64,000 nt of DNA, from positions 160,001-224,000 of the forward strand of contig JBGUGD010000030.1 of the NCBI GenBank assembly GCA_041697335.1, read 5' to 3'. Numbering within the stretch: the stretch's first letter is position 1; each line of letters starts with the position of its first letter. The notes under the pieces are model-generated. The model was not told where the DNA came from, did no database searches, and worked only from the letters and a program-made list of their open reading frames with translations. The DNA comes from Vampirovibrionaceae bacterium NZW_1234. Its GTDB lineage: Bacteria > Cyanobacteriota > Vampirovibrionia > Vampirovibrionales > JAGQHJ01. Made by a program: the position numbers and the translations under genes. Of the stretch, positions 9,079 through 19,623 are shown piece after piece.

Positions 9079-11571
9079 TTATTGGGGAACAACGATGTTG
9101 ACCAGTTTGTTCGGGACCACAATGACCTTGAGGGGTGTTTTGCCATCCATGAACTTTTGAACCCGGTCGTTTTCCAGGGCCATTTTTTCCAGCACCCCTT
9201 TTTCGGTGTTGAGCGGGACCGTGGCTTTTTCCCGGACCTTGCCGTTCACCTGGAAAACAACTTCCACAGAATCGGCAACCAAGGCCTCTGTATTCACCGA
9301 GGGCCAAGACTGATGGTGAACGGAACCGGAACCACCCAGTTTTTGCCACAGTTCTTCGGTCAGGTGGGGCGTGAGGGGGGCCATCAGAATTAACAACGTC
9401 TTGATGGCCAGACTGAAGACCGGATCCTTGGTATTGGTCGACACGGGGTATCGGCTGATGCCGTTTACAAATTCACGAACCTTGCTAATGACCGTATTGA
9501 ACTGGAATTCCTGGGACAAATCGGTGGTGACGCCCTGGATGGTCTGGTGCGTCAATTGATAAAGATCCCGTTGAAGGCCTTGTAAATCGCGGTAATTGGG
9601 CTCAGCTAAGGAGACATCCAAGGCTGACTGATTGTCCACAACCAGGCGCCAGGTTTTACGCAGAAACTTGTAGCACCCTTCGACACCGGCATCCTTCCAA
9701 TCAAAGTCACTTTGCGGTGGGGAATCGCTCAAGATAAAGAAGCGGGCAGTATCGGCCCCGTACTGGTGAAATACGGTATCGGGATCGACGGTGTTGCCTT
9801 TGGATTTACTCATCTTGGCGCCATCTTTCAGCACCATACCCTGCGTCAACAGGTTGTCGAAGGGTTCCAGAAAATTAATCAAGCCTTGATCATGCAAGAC
9901 CATGGTAAAGAAGCGTGCATAGAGCAAGTGCAAAATGGCGTGTTCAATCCCACCGACATACTGATCGACATTCATCCAGTGGTTGACGGTGGCGCTGTCA
10001 AAAATCCGGTCCTCGTTCAGGGGATCCACAAACCGCAAGAAGTACCAGCTGCTACAAACAAAGGTATCCATCGTGTCGGTTTCCCGGGTGGCTGGCCCGT
10101 GGCATTTGGGACAAGACGTATTTACAAAACTCTCAGACGTGCTGACGGGTGAGCGGCCTGTGACAGAAAAATCCACATCTTCAGGCAGGCGCACCGGCAG
10201 TTCGGATTCCGGGACCGGGACGACGTCACAGCTTGGGCAGTAAACCATAGGAATGGGTGCCCCCCAATACCGTTGACGAGAAACCAACCAGTCTCTGAGG
10301 CGGTATTGGGTTTTGGCACGGCCAAAACCGTTGGTTTCTGCAAACTGGGTGATGTGTTCCTTAGCTTCCTGGCTCTTTAACCCGTTAAACTGGCCGGAAT
10401 TGACCAGAATCCCCGGTTCGGTGTAAGCCTGGCTCTCAATATCCACGGAAAAGGCCGGGCTCTGGATGACCAGGCGTAGGGGTAGTTGATAGGCTTTGGC
10501 AAAGGCGTGATCCCGTTCATCGTGTCCAGGTACAGCCATCACAGCACCAGTACCGTATTCCAGGAGGACGTAGTCGGCAATCCATAAGGGCACTTTTTCC
10601 TGAGTGAAGGGGTTAATCACAAAAGAGCCCAAGGGCACCCCGGTTTTCTCCCGATCCGTGGAGGTGCGTTCAATTTCCGACTTGGTTCTGGCGCTTTGGC
10701 GATAGGCCTCCACGGCCTCTTTATGTTCAGCCGTGGTCAGTTGATCCACCAACGGATGTTCCGGGGCCAGGACCATGTAGGTGACCCCGAAGATGGTGTC
10801 CGGGCGGGTGGTATAAATGGTAATGGTCGTGTCAGGATGACCGTCCACGGCAAAGTCCACTTCGGTGCCTGTGGATTGACCAATCCAGTTGCGTTGCATG
10901 GTCTTGACCCGATCCGGCCATCCGGGCAAGTGGTCCAGGTTGTTTAAGAGGCGTTCGGCATAATCGGTGATTTTGAAGAACCATTGGCTGAGGTTTTTTC
11001 GGATTACCAGCGTGTCACAGCGCCAGCACAGGCCATCGATTACTTGCTCATTTGCCAAGACCGTGGCACAGGTCTCACACCAATTGACGGGGGCTTCTTT
11101 TTTGTAAGCTAACCCGGCTTTATAGAACAGTAAGAAGAGCCACTGGGTCCACTTGTAGTAGTCTTCACGACAGGTGAAAACCTCGCGATCCCAGTCATAA
11201 CTTAAACCTAAGGACTTGAGTTGGGCTCGCATATGGTCAATGTTTTCAAAGGTCCATTTGGCAGGGGGAATGCCACTCTTGATGGCCGCATTTTCGGCGG
11301 GTAAACCAAAACTGTCCCAGCCCATGGGGTGTAAGACATTGAACCCGTGCATTTTCTTGAAGCGGGCAATGACATCGGTGATGGTGTAATTGCGGACGTG
11401 CCCCATGTGCAATCGACCAGAAGGGTAGGGAAACATGGACAGCGCATAATACTTGGGACGGCTACTATCGGCAGTGTCGGTCTGATACTGTTTGTCGGTG
11501 TCCCATTGGGTCTGCCATTTGCGTTCAATGACCTGGGGTTCATAACTTTCAATTTGCAAGAGCGAATCCAT
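9079..11571 (-). CDS. leuS: Leucine--tRNA ligase
   Basis: MFPYPSGRLHMGH (HIGH), KMSKS, CP1 editing domain YTTRPDT/GTGAVMAVPGHD, GGIEHAILH; start placed at Met after purine-rich RBS. Confidence 0.98.
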   Translation of the reverse strand: MDSLLQIESYEPQVIERKWQTQWDTDKQYQTDTADSSRPKYYALSMFPYPSGRLHMGHVRNYTITDVIARFKKMHGFNVLHPMGWDSFGLPAENAAIKSGIPPAKWTFENIDHMRAQLKSLGLSYDWDREVFTCREDYYKWTQWLFLLFYKAGLAYKKEAPVNWCETCATVLANEQVIDGLCWRCDTLVIRKNLSQWFFKITDYAERLLNNLDHLPGWPDRVKTMQRNWIGQSTGTEVDFAVDGHPDTTITIYTTRPDTIFGVTYMVLAPEHPLVDQLTTAEHKEAVEAYRQSARTKSEIERTSTDREKTGVPLGSFVINPFTQEKVPLWIADYVLLEYGTGAVMAVPGHDERDHAFAKAYQLPLRLVIQSPAFSVDIESQAYTEPGILVNSGQFNGLKSQEAKEHITQFAETNGFGRAKTQYRLRDWLVSRQRYWGAPIPMVYCPSCDVVPVPESELPVRLPEDVDFSVTGRSPVSTSESFVNTSCPKCHGPATRETDTMDTFVCSSWYFLRFVDPLNEDRIFDSATVNHWMNVDQYVGGIEHAILHLLYARFFTMVLHDQGLINFLEPFDNLLTQGMVLKDGAKMSKSKGNTVDPDTVFHQYGADTARFFILSDSPPQSDFDWKDAGVEGCYKFLRKTWRLVVDNQSALDVSLAEPNYRDLQGLQRDLYQLTHQTIQGVTTDLSQEFQFNTVISKVREFVNGISRYPVSTNTKDPVFSLAIKTLLILMAPLTPHLTEELWQKLGGSGSVHHQSWPSVNTEALVADSVEVVFQVNGKVREKATVPLNTEKGVLEKMALENDRVQKFMDGKTPLKVIVVPNKLVNIVVPQ

Positions 11572-11919
11572 GGGGGGTGATAATCCTTCCTCTTCTGCTA
11601 TTGGCCTGTGATACCACTTGGCCGATAATGATGCCACTATTCTATCAAGGCTATCATGGCATAACTGCCATCGAGAGAAAAGAGGCCTTGAGGTGGGGGG
11701 GCTGGCTATTGGTCTGAAAAAGAGGAGTTTGGGGCGGGCATGTGAATTTATGTAAGGGTTTTTATCACGATGCGTCCCACCTGTTTAAGCGAGGCCTGAG
11801 CTGGGCATAATACCAAGGTAATTGATCTCACATCAATGAATTAACGAATCCTGACAAAATGGCTGCTTGTCTCGGTATCGGGGTGGACAATGGCGCTGAT
11901 GGAAGTGGAGATACACTCG

Positions 11920-12144
11920 ATGATAATGTCCTATCGATGGAAGTTTAGAATCCCGACCCGACCGAAGTGTCGAGGACAAGGTGTGATTGAGTATGCCGGT
12001 GCCATGATTGTGGCTGCGGCCATTGTTGCCGTTTTGGTTACCGGGATGCAGACGAATAATTGGATGTACAATGCCTATAACAATATTTATAATGCTTCAG
12101 GCAACTTGCTCATCAATACGCTGAACACCGGGCTTGGTATTTAG
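11920..12144 (+). CDS. Flp-type (type IVb/Tad) pilin-like protein
   Basis: Basic leader, RGQGVIEY prepilin cleavage/Flp motif, hydrophobic helix, short polar tail; GGAG RBS before ATG at 11920. Confidence 0.7.
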   Translation: MIMSYRWKFRIPTRPKCRGQGVIEYAGAMIVAAAIVAVLVTGMQTNNWMYNAYNNIYNASGNLLINTLNTGLGI

Positions 12145-12158
12145 GGACCATAGTTGTG

Positions 12159-12464
12159 TCATAAGGTTGAGATTACGGCCTCTAAGAGAGGGTCGTGTTC
12201 TGGATCGTCTAAGAGCTTGGCAAACTGGTAGTCATCAAACTGGTATCGCTTGGGGTTAAGGCCAATAGGCCGAATCAATCCCCAGTCTTTCAGCAGCTTG
12301 AGTAGTTTTTTAACATCATCGCCCGGGACCTTGTATAGACGCGCCAAATCCGCTGAGGTTGGCAGGGTTTCATCGGGCGTGCCCGAGTCGTGGGCGTCAC
12401 GAGAGCACTCGCGAATGTGCTGGCAAAACTCGCACAAGAGTTGAATTCGACGTTCCGCTTTCAT
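12159..12464 (-). CDS. Small winged-helix-like protein
   Basis: LPTSADLARLYKV...VKKLLKLLKDWGLI pattern resembles GntR-type wHTH. Confidence 0.6.
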   Translation of the reverse strand: MKAERRIQLLCEFCQHIRECSRDAHDSGTPDETLPTSADLARLYKVPGDDVKKLLKLLKDWGLIRPIGLNPKRYQFDDYQFAKLLDDPEHDPLLEAVISTL

Positions 12465-12718
12465 AGGTATCCTATCCTGTAACTTATTGTAAAGGATGCC
12501 TGTGAACTTTTATGACACAATCCGGCATTCAGGCGATGGCCTCGGGTTGGAAAAGTCAGTTGCTGATGGTGCTTTATTGAAATAGCGAGAGGGGCGAAAC
12601 CGAAAAAATATAAAACGTTACTATCTTTCATAAAACTTTAAATGCTGTATTGAAAATAAAAGATGAAGTTGCTATACTTAGTATAGTTAACCACCCTGTA
12701 ATTTTTTAAGGATGTTTT

Positions 12719-13831
12719 GTGACCTCGCATGTGAGCCCAGTTTGCAGTTTAAAGCGTACTATGCTGAACCCGTTAATGCTGATGCGTTTTTTTGGCGCGT
12801 TGTTGATGATGTTGGTTTTGGTCAATCCTGCCTTTGCCAGAACAGCTTTGCCGGGAACCGGGGTCACTCCGAACGAAGGGATTCATCCATATAAGCATTC
12901 GTCCTATTATGAAGTGCAAGAAGGGTCCCGACTGGCTGATCAAGGATACTATGACAAAGCCATTCCACATTTTTGGAAAGCCGTTGAGCAAAATCCGGCC
13001 AGTGTGATGGCACAATATAACCTGGCTTACAGCTTGTTACAGTCGGCCGAAGAAGAGCCGGATCCGGTTCGGAAAAAGGCCAAGACCGACCAGGCAGAAT
13101 GGGCATTCTTGCGGGTTCGGGATTTGAACCCCGAACTGACCCTGACGTATTACAAGCTGGGTAAGATTGCCTTGGCTCGTGAAGATTACAAAACGGCTGC
13201 CGAGTATTATGAATCCGGAGTCCAGAGTGTTCCGGACAATGCGGCCCTGTGGTTTAATCTGGCGGCCACCTATGAAAAACGCAATCTCACCATGAAGGCT
13301 GAGCGGGCATATATTAAAGCCATTGGTGCTAATCCCAAATTTGTTTATGCCCACAATAACCTGGGCCTGTTGTATGAACAAAGCCAACGTCTTCCAGAAG
13401 CCGAAGCCGTGTATCGCAACGCATTGGCTCAGGTGCCTGAGTATAATTATGCTCGCTTGAACCTGGGTAGCTTGCTGCAAGGCCAGGGCCGTTTAGAAGA
13501 AGCCCAACAGCTGTATCAGGAAGCTATTAGTTATGAGCCTGAAAATGCTTGGGCACATCTGTACCTGGGCAACACCTACTATCGTAAAGGCGAGTATCAA
13601 AAAGCGCTGGATTCCTACCAGGTGGCTCGTAAGCTGAATCCGGAGTATGCAACGACTTATTACCTGATGTCGCTGGTTTACCAAAAACTGAATCGCAATG
13701 ATGAAGCCCTGGCCAGTGGGATGCAATACATTAATCTGGCCCCGGGTGGTGCGTTCTCCCAAGAAGCCAACGAGTTGGTGTTGACCCTGCAACAGGCCAT
13801 TAAACGTGCCGTCAATCTTGAAAAACCTTAA
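12719..13831 (+). CDS. Exported tetratricopeptide repeat protein
   Basis: Signal peptide (AFA) and many TPR units (AHNNLG, ARLNLG, AHLYLG). Confidence 0.9.
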   Translation: MTSHVSPVCSLKRTMLNPLMLMRFFGALLMMLVLVNPAFARTALPGTGVTPNEGIHPYKHSSYYEVQEGSRLADQGYYDKAIPHFWKAVEQNPASVMAQYNLAYSLLQSAEEEPDPVRKKAKTDQAEWAFLRVRDLNPELTLTYYKLGKIALAREDYKTAAEYYESGVQSVPDNAALWFNLAATYEKRNLTMKAERAYIKAIGANPKFVYAHNNLGLLYEQSQRLPEAEAVYRNALAQVPEYNYARLNLGSLLQGQGRLEEAQQLYQEAISYEPENAWAHLYLGNTYYRKGEYQKALDSYQVARKLNPEYATTYYLMSLVYQKLNRNDEALASGMQYINLAPGGAFSQEANELVLTLQQAIKRAVNLEKP

Positions 13832-13902
13832 TCCCACCCGGCCGCTTCAAAAATCAATGCTATGATAATCCTAAGTGGTGGATACGAGAGGAGCATTGTG
13901 TC

Positions 13903-14280
13903 ATGCAAACAACGGTTTCAAGCGATGAAAAATTAATGGCTGCCTTGGGATACTGGTGCAGCATCGTGTTGTGGTTGATTCCGGCGTTAATCATTTATTT
14001 GGTCAAAAAAGATCAGTCCAGCTTTATTAAAAAGCATGCCCTACAAGCTATTTTGCTTAATGTCGCTGCCTTTGCCGTGATTGGGATTGGTTTGTCAATT
14101 GTGAGTGGCGTTATTGGCAGCATTACCCTGGGGCTGGGCAGCTTACTGGTGATGCTGGTTCAGGTCTGTGCGTATTTGGCGGCCATGGTGTATGTGGTCA
14201 TCCTGGGGGTTAAGACCTTCCAAGGGGAAGACCCGGATATTCCCATGCTGACCGATATGCTTCGCAATCACCTGAGCTAA
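13903..14280 (+). CDS. DUF4870/Tic20-like membrane protein
   Basis: DEKLMAALGY, PALIIYLVKKDQSSFIKKHALQA, three TM helices. Confidence 0.8.
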   Translation: MQTTVSSDEKLMAALGYWCSIVLWLIPALIIYLVKKDQSSFIKKHALQAILLNVAAFAVIGIGLSIVSGVIGSITLGLGSLLVMLVQVCAYLAAMVYVVILGVKTFQGEDPDIPMLTDMLRNHLS

Positions 14281-14323
14281 CATGCCTTTTCGCAGCAATT
14301 GAACAGACTGCAAATTTGGGGGC

Positions 14324-15289
14324 TTATCCCACAGGCTCCAGCGAAATCGGCGTATCGTGTGGGGTCATGCCTAATTTCCCCAGCAACCGATGGTCCGCGT
14401 CCCCTCCGGGGTTGGGTGTTGTCAGGAGCTTTTCGCCTGTGAAAATGGAATTGGCACCTGCTAAGAAGCAGAGGGCTTGGGCTTCATCGGTAAGTTGGGT
14501 GCGGCCTGCCGACAGGCGAATGACGGCGCCAGGAATGGCGATGCGCACTGTGGCAATGGTCCGAATCAGCTCGAAGGGATCAATAAAAGGTTGGCCTCCC
14601 AGGGGTGTGCCCTCCACGGGGACCAGTGCATTGATGGGCACTGATTCGGGAGGCGGATCAATTTGCGTAAGAGCATGAATAAAGCCGATACGGTCTTGTA
14701 ATGACTCACCCAAGCCCACAATACCCCCACAACAGACCTGAATGCCGGCCTGTTGGACGTTATCAATGGTGCGCAAACGATCTTCAAAGCTTCTGGTGGT
14801 AATGATTTGCTGGTAATACTCGGGTGAGGTATCAATGTTGTGGTTATAGGCTGTTAAACCGGCTTCCTTTAGGCGCTGGGCCTGCTCCAAGGTCAGCATG
14901 CCCAAGGTTACACACGCTTCCATGCCCAGGTTTCGGACGGTGTTGACCAACTCCAAAACGTGATCAAAGTCTTTGCCGTCTCGGACTTCTCGCCAGGCCG
15001 CTCCCATGCACAGGCGGGTGGAACCGGCTTCTTTGGCAGCCAGGGCTTGTGATTGGATTTCTTCCACCGAGGGCAGCGACCATGTGTCAATACCGGTATT
15101 GTAGCGGGCACTTTGTGGACAGTAGGAACAGTCCTCTGGGCAATTTCCCGATTTGATATTCGACAAGGTACAGAACTGGATGCTGTTGGGGTCATGAAAC
15201 CGCCGGTGAACTTGTTGTGCTTCGAACAACAGATCAGGAAAGGGGAGGGCATAGAGGTTGGCAAGAGCATCAATCGTCCAATGGTCCAT
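14324..15289 (-). CDS. bioB: Biotin synthase
   Basis: Radical SAM CPEDCSYC, YNHNIDT, ESVPINAL, IRLSAGR, GANSIFTGEKLLT; AAAGGAG RBS before ATG at 15289. Confidence 0.97.
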   Translation of the reverse strand: MDHWTIDALANLYALPFPDLLFEAQQVHRRFHDPNSIQFCTLSNIKSGNCPEDCSYCPQSARYNTGIDTWSLPSVEEIQSQALAAKEAGSTRLCMGAAWREVRDGKDFDHVLELVNTVRNLGMEACVTLGMLTLEQAQRLKEAGLTAYNHNIDTSPEYYQQIITTRSFEDRLRTIDNVQQAGIQVCCGGIVGLGESLQDRIGFIHALTQIDPPPESVPINALVPVEGTPLGGQPFIDPFELIRTIATVRIAIPGAVIRLSAGRTQLTDEAQALCFLAGANSIFTGEKLLTTPNPGGDADHRLLGKLGMTPHDTPISLEPVG

Positions 15290-15498
15290 AGCCGGAAGCT
15301 CCTTTCTAAATCGCATGGCTGTCGTTAACAGACTGTACCATGAACACACCGTTCTCGGACCTGAGACAGGGGATCGGAACCCTGGGCTCGGATTGGGGCA
15401 AAAAGCGACCTCTTCCCTGAAATGCAAAGTGCTTCTACAATACGAGTAGTGGAAACGCTGTTTATTTATTACTAGAGCAGAATGAGGAAGGAGTACAC

Positions 15499-15972
15499 AT
15501 GATGCGGATTAATTGGGCATCAACCATTACGGCGGGTATTTTTGCGTCCATTGCGGTTATTTTTCTTACCATGTTGGTTCCGCGTCTGGTTGGGATGGAG
15601 CCCATTGACCTCACCTGGAACATAGGCTCCAACTTGAGTATCCAGTCGCCCCATGTGGCTGGGACCTTGTTTCTCTCACTGATGGGGATTCTTTGGGCTG
15701 CCATCTTCTCCGTGGTGTACAATATTTTGCCTGGTAATACGCTGATGAAGGGGACGATTTTTGGGTTGGTTGTGGGGGGCTTTTCACTGGCGGTGTTGCC
15801 GAATATCTTACCCACGATGAGTCAGTTGTTGGGGGTGGTAAACCAGAATGCTGCTGTTAACGCTTTGAGTATGAATGTTACGACTCTTATTACGCTGGTG
15901 GCCTATGTGATGTTCGGTATTATCATTGCAAAGAGCCATGCTCCTTTGGTCAATTCGTCCAACGAAATCTAG
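15499..15972 (+). CDS. Hypothetical membrane protein (about 4 TM helices)
   Basis: Strongly hydrophobic ORF with AGGAG RBS. Confidence 0.75.
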   Translation: MMRINWASTITAGIFASIAVIFLTMLVPRLVGMEPIDLTWNIGSNLSIQSPHVAGTLFLSLMGILWAAIFSVVYNILPGNTLMKGTIFGLVVGGFSLAVLPNILPTMSQLLGVVNQNAAVNALSMNVTTLITLVAYVMFGIIIAKSHAPLVNSSNEI

Positions 15973-16004
15973 GCACAGGCTATACGAAAACGAAAACTAT
16001 CCGC

Positions 16005-16045
16005 AAAAACACCGGTTTTGCTCTATGGGCAAGGTCGGTGTTTTT
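16005..16045. terminator. Intrinsic terminator-like hairpin
   Basis: aaaaacaccg...cggtgttttt inverted repeat just after the stop at 15972. Confidence 0.6.
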
Positions 16046-16303
16046 CATGGCGTTGCAGGTCGGTTACTTTTATGGCATAGTCTTTACCCTACTTTTCAGG
16101 GAAACACCGGTGTAACTCCGGGGCTGTGCCGCAACGGTAATCCCTTCTTTGGGAAAGCCCGAATACCTGAGACCACAACAGATCTTGCGAGCACAAGAAA
16201 GGGTCTGCATGATTTTTTGTAATGTCTCGATCACTGTGATCGAATTGCGACAACTGTCACCGTGGTGTCTGGCAGTGTCCGCCTGGCCTGATGGTATAAG
16301 GCC

Positions 16304-17707
16304 ATGATGTACGGGGCGCCGGTTCACTATGGCTATCCTACCTATGGCGTGGCCTATTCCCCTCGGTTTCGGCCTTCTGGACCTCTGAGTCCACCACCGG
16401 ATGTTACCCGGCTGGCGAGCCTGGAAAAATCCTCGTTGGCATTGAAAGATGAGGCTTTGCCTCATGCGGCTCTGGATGTTCATTGGGATACGACACAACG
16501 GCCCTATCGCTATCTTGGGCCTGCTCAGGTTGCGGCTCTCTTTTTGGGCGGTGTGGCTACAGCGTTTGGGCTAAACTGGTTTATCCGCGGGGCCCGTCTT
16601 CCTTCGTTCAGTAAGCTTTTTAATCAGTACCAGGATACAATGTCAAGCCCAATGCGAAAACTGGCCAAACGTGCCAAGTGGCCCAAAGGCGCAACCAAGC
16701 GTGGGCAGTCCATTGGCATCTATTTTCTCGAGGGCTTAGGTTCTGTCCTGCAGTTTGCCATGAAAAATCCCGAGGTTCGTGGGCGCCTGATGGCGTATCT
16801 GGGGGCAACCAGCCTTGGGTATCTGGGCGGCAGTGTGTTGGGTGGTGCCCAAGAGGTGTGGGTGCGACAGGAAGAGACATTGATTCGAGCGAACTTGATT
16901 CGACAACTGAGCAGTAACTTTCGTAAGAGCATTCAGTACAAAGGCCAACTGGATGATCATCTTCGGGACAAGGCCAAACGCCGTATTCTAAGTATTTTGA
17001 AGCACTATCGGGTTCCCAACCCCGAGGAACTGATGTCCCCGGCTGCGGATGTGCCATTTTCTCGCTACAGTCGCTATCCCTATGAGCCGACACACTTTTC
17101 ATTGCCCTATGCCCTTGCCTCTGCATCCCGGTTTCGAGGCCAATCGGGCGATGATGTGCTCCCCGTCGATGTTATTGGGGTCACTCCGGCTCGCTTGAAC
17201 TGGGTCAAAGGAGGTATTTGGGCGGCTGGGATGGCATGCGGCTTGATGGGGCAAATGGTTGTGTCTATGATGAAGCCGGCACAGCGTTTGCCGCGTATTA
17301 AATCCCTGTCTCGGGTATTTAATGTCCGAGATATTGAGGCCTTATTTTTGACAGGCAGCGGTCGCGGACTCTGGGCAGTGTTGGGCCTGACGGCGCTGGC
17401 CAAGATTGGGAAAATGATGGTGGATGGGTACCGTGAAATTGAAGTTACTCGTCAGCATGCCAATACAGAGCTACGCTATCAGTCCTATAACTGGCTTGCC
17501 TTGGATCCGGAATTTCATCGGATCGCTGAAGAGGAAGCGCTGGAAGAAGCATTACAAAAGCTTAAAGAGGCATTACCTCAGGAAAGCTATGAACGCTCTG
17601 CTCTGGCACAGCGAATTAAGACGATTTTGACCAATGTGGGGCGTAATTCTGCGCCTAAATACTTCCAGATGACGCCTCCCGTTAGTTTGGTTGCTGCTCG
17701 CGGTTAG
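16304..17707 (+). CDS. Hypothetical membrane-associated protein with internal duplication
   Basis: Two similar halves, each with Gly-rich hydrophobic helices followed by an E-[VI]-x-V helix. Confidence 0.7.
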   Translation: MMYGAPVHYGYPTYGVAYSPRFRPSGPLSPPPDVTRLASLEKSSLALKDEALPHAALDVHWDTTQRPYRYLGPAQVAALFLGGVATAFGLNWFIRGARLPSFSKLFNQYQDTMSSPMRKLAKRAKWPKGATKRGQSIGIYFLEGLGSVLQFAMKNPEVRGRLMAYLGATSLGYLGGSVLGGAQEVWVRQEETLIRANLIRQLSSNFRKSIQYKGQLDDHLRDKAKRRILSILKHYRVPNPEELMSPAADVPFSRYSRYPYEPTHFSLPYALASASRFRGQSGDDVLPVDVIGVTPARLNWVKGGIWAAGMACGLMGQMVVSMMKPAQRLPRIKSLSRVFNVRDIEALFLTGSGRGLWAVLGLTALAKIGKMMVDGYREIEVTRQHANTELRYQSYNWLALDPEFHRIAEEEALEEALQKLKEALPQESYERSALAQRIKTILTNVGRNSAPKYFQMTPPVSLVAARG

Positions 17708-19314
17708 TAGGCCCCCGGCATGACGGGGACCACGGGCATCGGTGTGATGCCAGCCTGAGGGAACATCATCATGTTCAAGGCTTGTCCTGCCATCTGCTGT
17801 AGGGCTTGTTGGCTGGCAGAAGGGATTTGGCCTTGGCGGTATCCGGCCTGCTGCATCAGTCGCTGCATCCGTTGGGCAATAGGGTACTGGGGGTAGGTGA
17901 TACCAAACACCTGTTGTTCGAGTTGATTGAGTCGGAATGTCAGGGCCATGCCGTGGTAGGTTTGACCAAAGAATTGTTGCTCCAGCATACTCAAGGACGG
18001 CCCGTACTGATTGGCCATAGCTGTTACGGCGCTGTTCATGCCAGGGTTGATCGTGTAGGGTGTTCCCAAAGGTGGGGTCTGGATTAAGGGCGGGATTAAC
18101 GAATTGGACGGTGTTGGGTTTGGATAAGATTGGGCATGCCAGGGATGTTGCGGGCTCTGAAAAGGATATTGGATGGGATGCCCATAATAGGGCTGAATAG
18201 AAGGTGTATTGGGCATTGCCAGGGAGTTGCCCTGAAACGGTGTCATAACTTGAGTTTGCTGACGGGTGGTCCATGAACTGGGGCCGGAATACACATGGGT
18301 TTGGGTTGAGGAACTCATCCCTCCCCCCACCATTGCCGGGCCTTGAAGACTGTTTTCCTGTGTCTGGGCTTGTCCTTGGCCCTGGGTTTCCAGGCGATGG
18401 CGCACATGGGCCGGGAGCATATTCAGCATTTCCGAGCTGAATTGGTAATTGCTGCCGTACATGCTCCCCAAATGGACCTGAGGGCCTGTTGGGTAGCGTC
18501 GAGCAGGTGGTGATGAATAAGGGCTCTGACTGATATCGGATTGCGCCGAAGGTCGCTCCATATAGTGTGACAACAGGCGCTCCAGACGGTCGTCTATGGC
18601 CCCTTGACGGGGGCCGCCAAAGACTTTCTTTTCCAGGCGGGTTAAGCGGTTGACAATCAATTCGCCGCCAAAGGACTTGCCGAACAAATATTCTTCCAGG
18701 GCCGTTAGTTTGGAATAAATTCCCAGATTGCTACTGGCGAATTCGGTACCTTGGCTTGGTAGTCCACCGGTGGATTTTTCTTCCTGAATAAGTGGGTTTT
18801 CTGGTAAAACTTTCAGCGTCAGTTGATCGACCCGGTCAACCATGGGCAATTCGTTGAAGGTTTGTTGAAAGACCCGTTGCTCCAGACGGTTCAGGCGAGA
18901 GGCGATGTCTTCCTGTGAAAAGGTTCGCTCAAAGAGGTTTTTTTCCATCTGGCTCACGGTGGGGTAATCGGTTCCATCCTGGGCACGCTTGAAGCCGGAC
19001 TCAGCCTGGGGGACTTTGGCGGTCGAAGGGGGTGTTTGCTGTGATGAGGCTTTTTGGCTTTGAGGAGCCAGGGTGGCAAACGCACTGATCAATTTTGTCT
19101 GGCGCTGTGTTAGGTCTCCCGTGCCAGCTTTTCCATAGAGTATGGATTCCAGTCGAGAAATACGTTCTTCTAAGGGGTCTGGGCCATATTCTCGTCCCAG
19201 CACTTGTTGCTCGAGGAGGGTTAAGGGTTCCGCTTCTGAATCGGCAAAAGCTGTTGGGAGTAATCCCAGAGTCAGCAGGAATGTCAGCAGAGACCAAGTT
19301 ACCAAACGGATCAT
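17704..19314 (-). CDS. Exported hypothetical protein with four LE-x3-FG...R-L-x-x-LE repeat domains
   Basis: Signal peptide ending AFA; four ~45-aa repeated modules separated by Gln/Pro/Ser-rich linkers. Confidence 0.75.
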   Translation of the reverse strand: MIRLVTWSLLTFLLTLGLLPTAFADSEAEPLTLLEQQVLGREYGPDPLEERISRLESILYGKAGTGDLTQRQTKLISAFATLAPQSQKASSQQTPPSTAKVPQAESGFKRAQDGTDYPTVSQMEKNLFERTFSQEDIASRLNRLEQRVFQQTFNELPMVDRVDQLTLKVLPENPLIQEEKSTGGLPSQGTEFASSNLGIYSKLTALEEYLFGKSFGGELIVNRLTRLEKKVFGGPRQGAIDDRLERLLSHYMERPSAQSDISQSPYSSPPARRYPTGPQVHLGSMYGSNYQFSSEMLNMLPAHVRHRLETQGQGQAQTQENSLQGPAMVGGGMSSSTQTHVYSGPSSWTTRQQTQVMTPFQGNSLAMPNTPSIQPYYGHPIQYPFQSPQHPWHAQSYPNPTPSNSLIPPLIQTPPLGTPYTINPGMNSAVTAMANQYGPSLSMLEQQFFGQTYHGMALTFRLNQLEQQVFGITYPQYPIAQRMQRLMQQAGYRQGQIPSASQQALQQMAGQALNMMMFPQAGITPMPVVPVMPGAY

Positions 19315-19623
19315 GGGGGTGATTCCTATTCCGGGCCTGGTAGTAGGCGTGTCCCGCTTCGACCCAACGGATTTGAGGACACTAATTCTATTGTGACCTA
19401 AGTCGAGGCAGCTGTAAATCGTTTGGATAGAGAGTTATTTCGGCTGCTCGACGCATCGTCGACCATTGATCGATACTCTGGATTGGCAATCGCATGACAA
19501 GGACGCGTCAGCATCTCGGGGGTGACGATTTGGCTAAAGACCTGGTCTAAAAATACGCTTTGGTTTGATGCTTCGAAAAAAAGGAAGAGAGCGAATGTTG
19601 AGGATGTGCTTCACGAGCAGACT

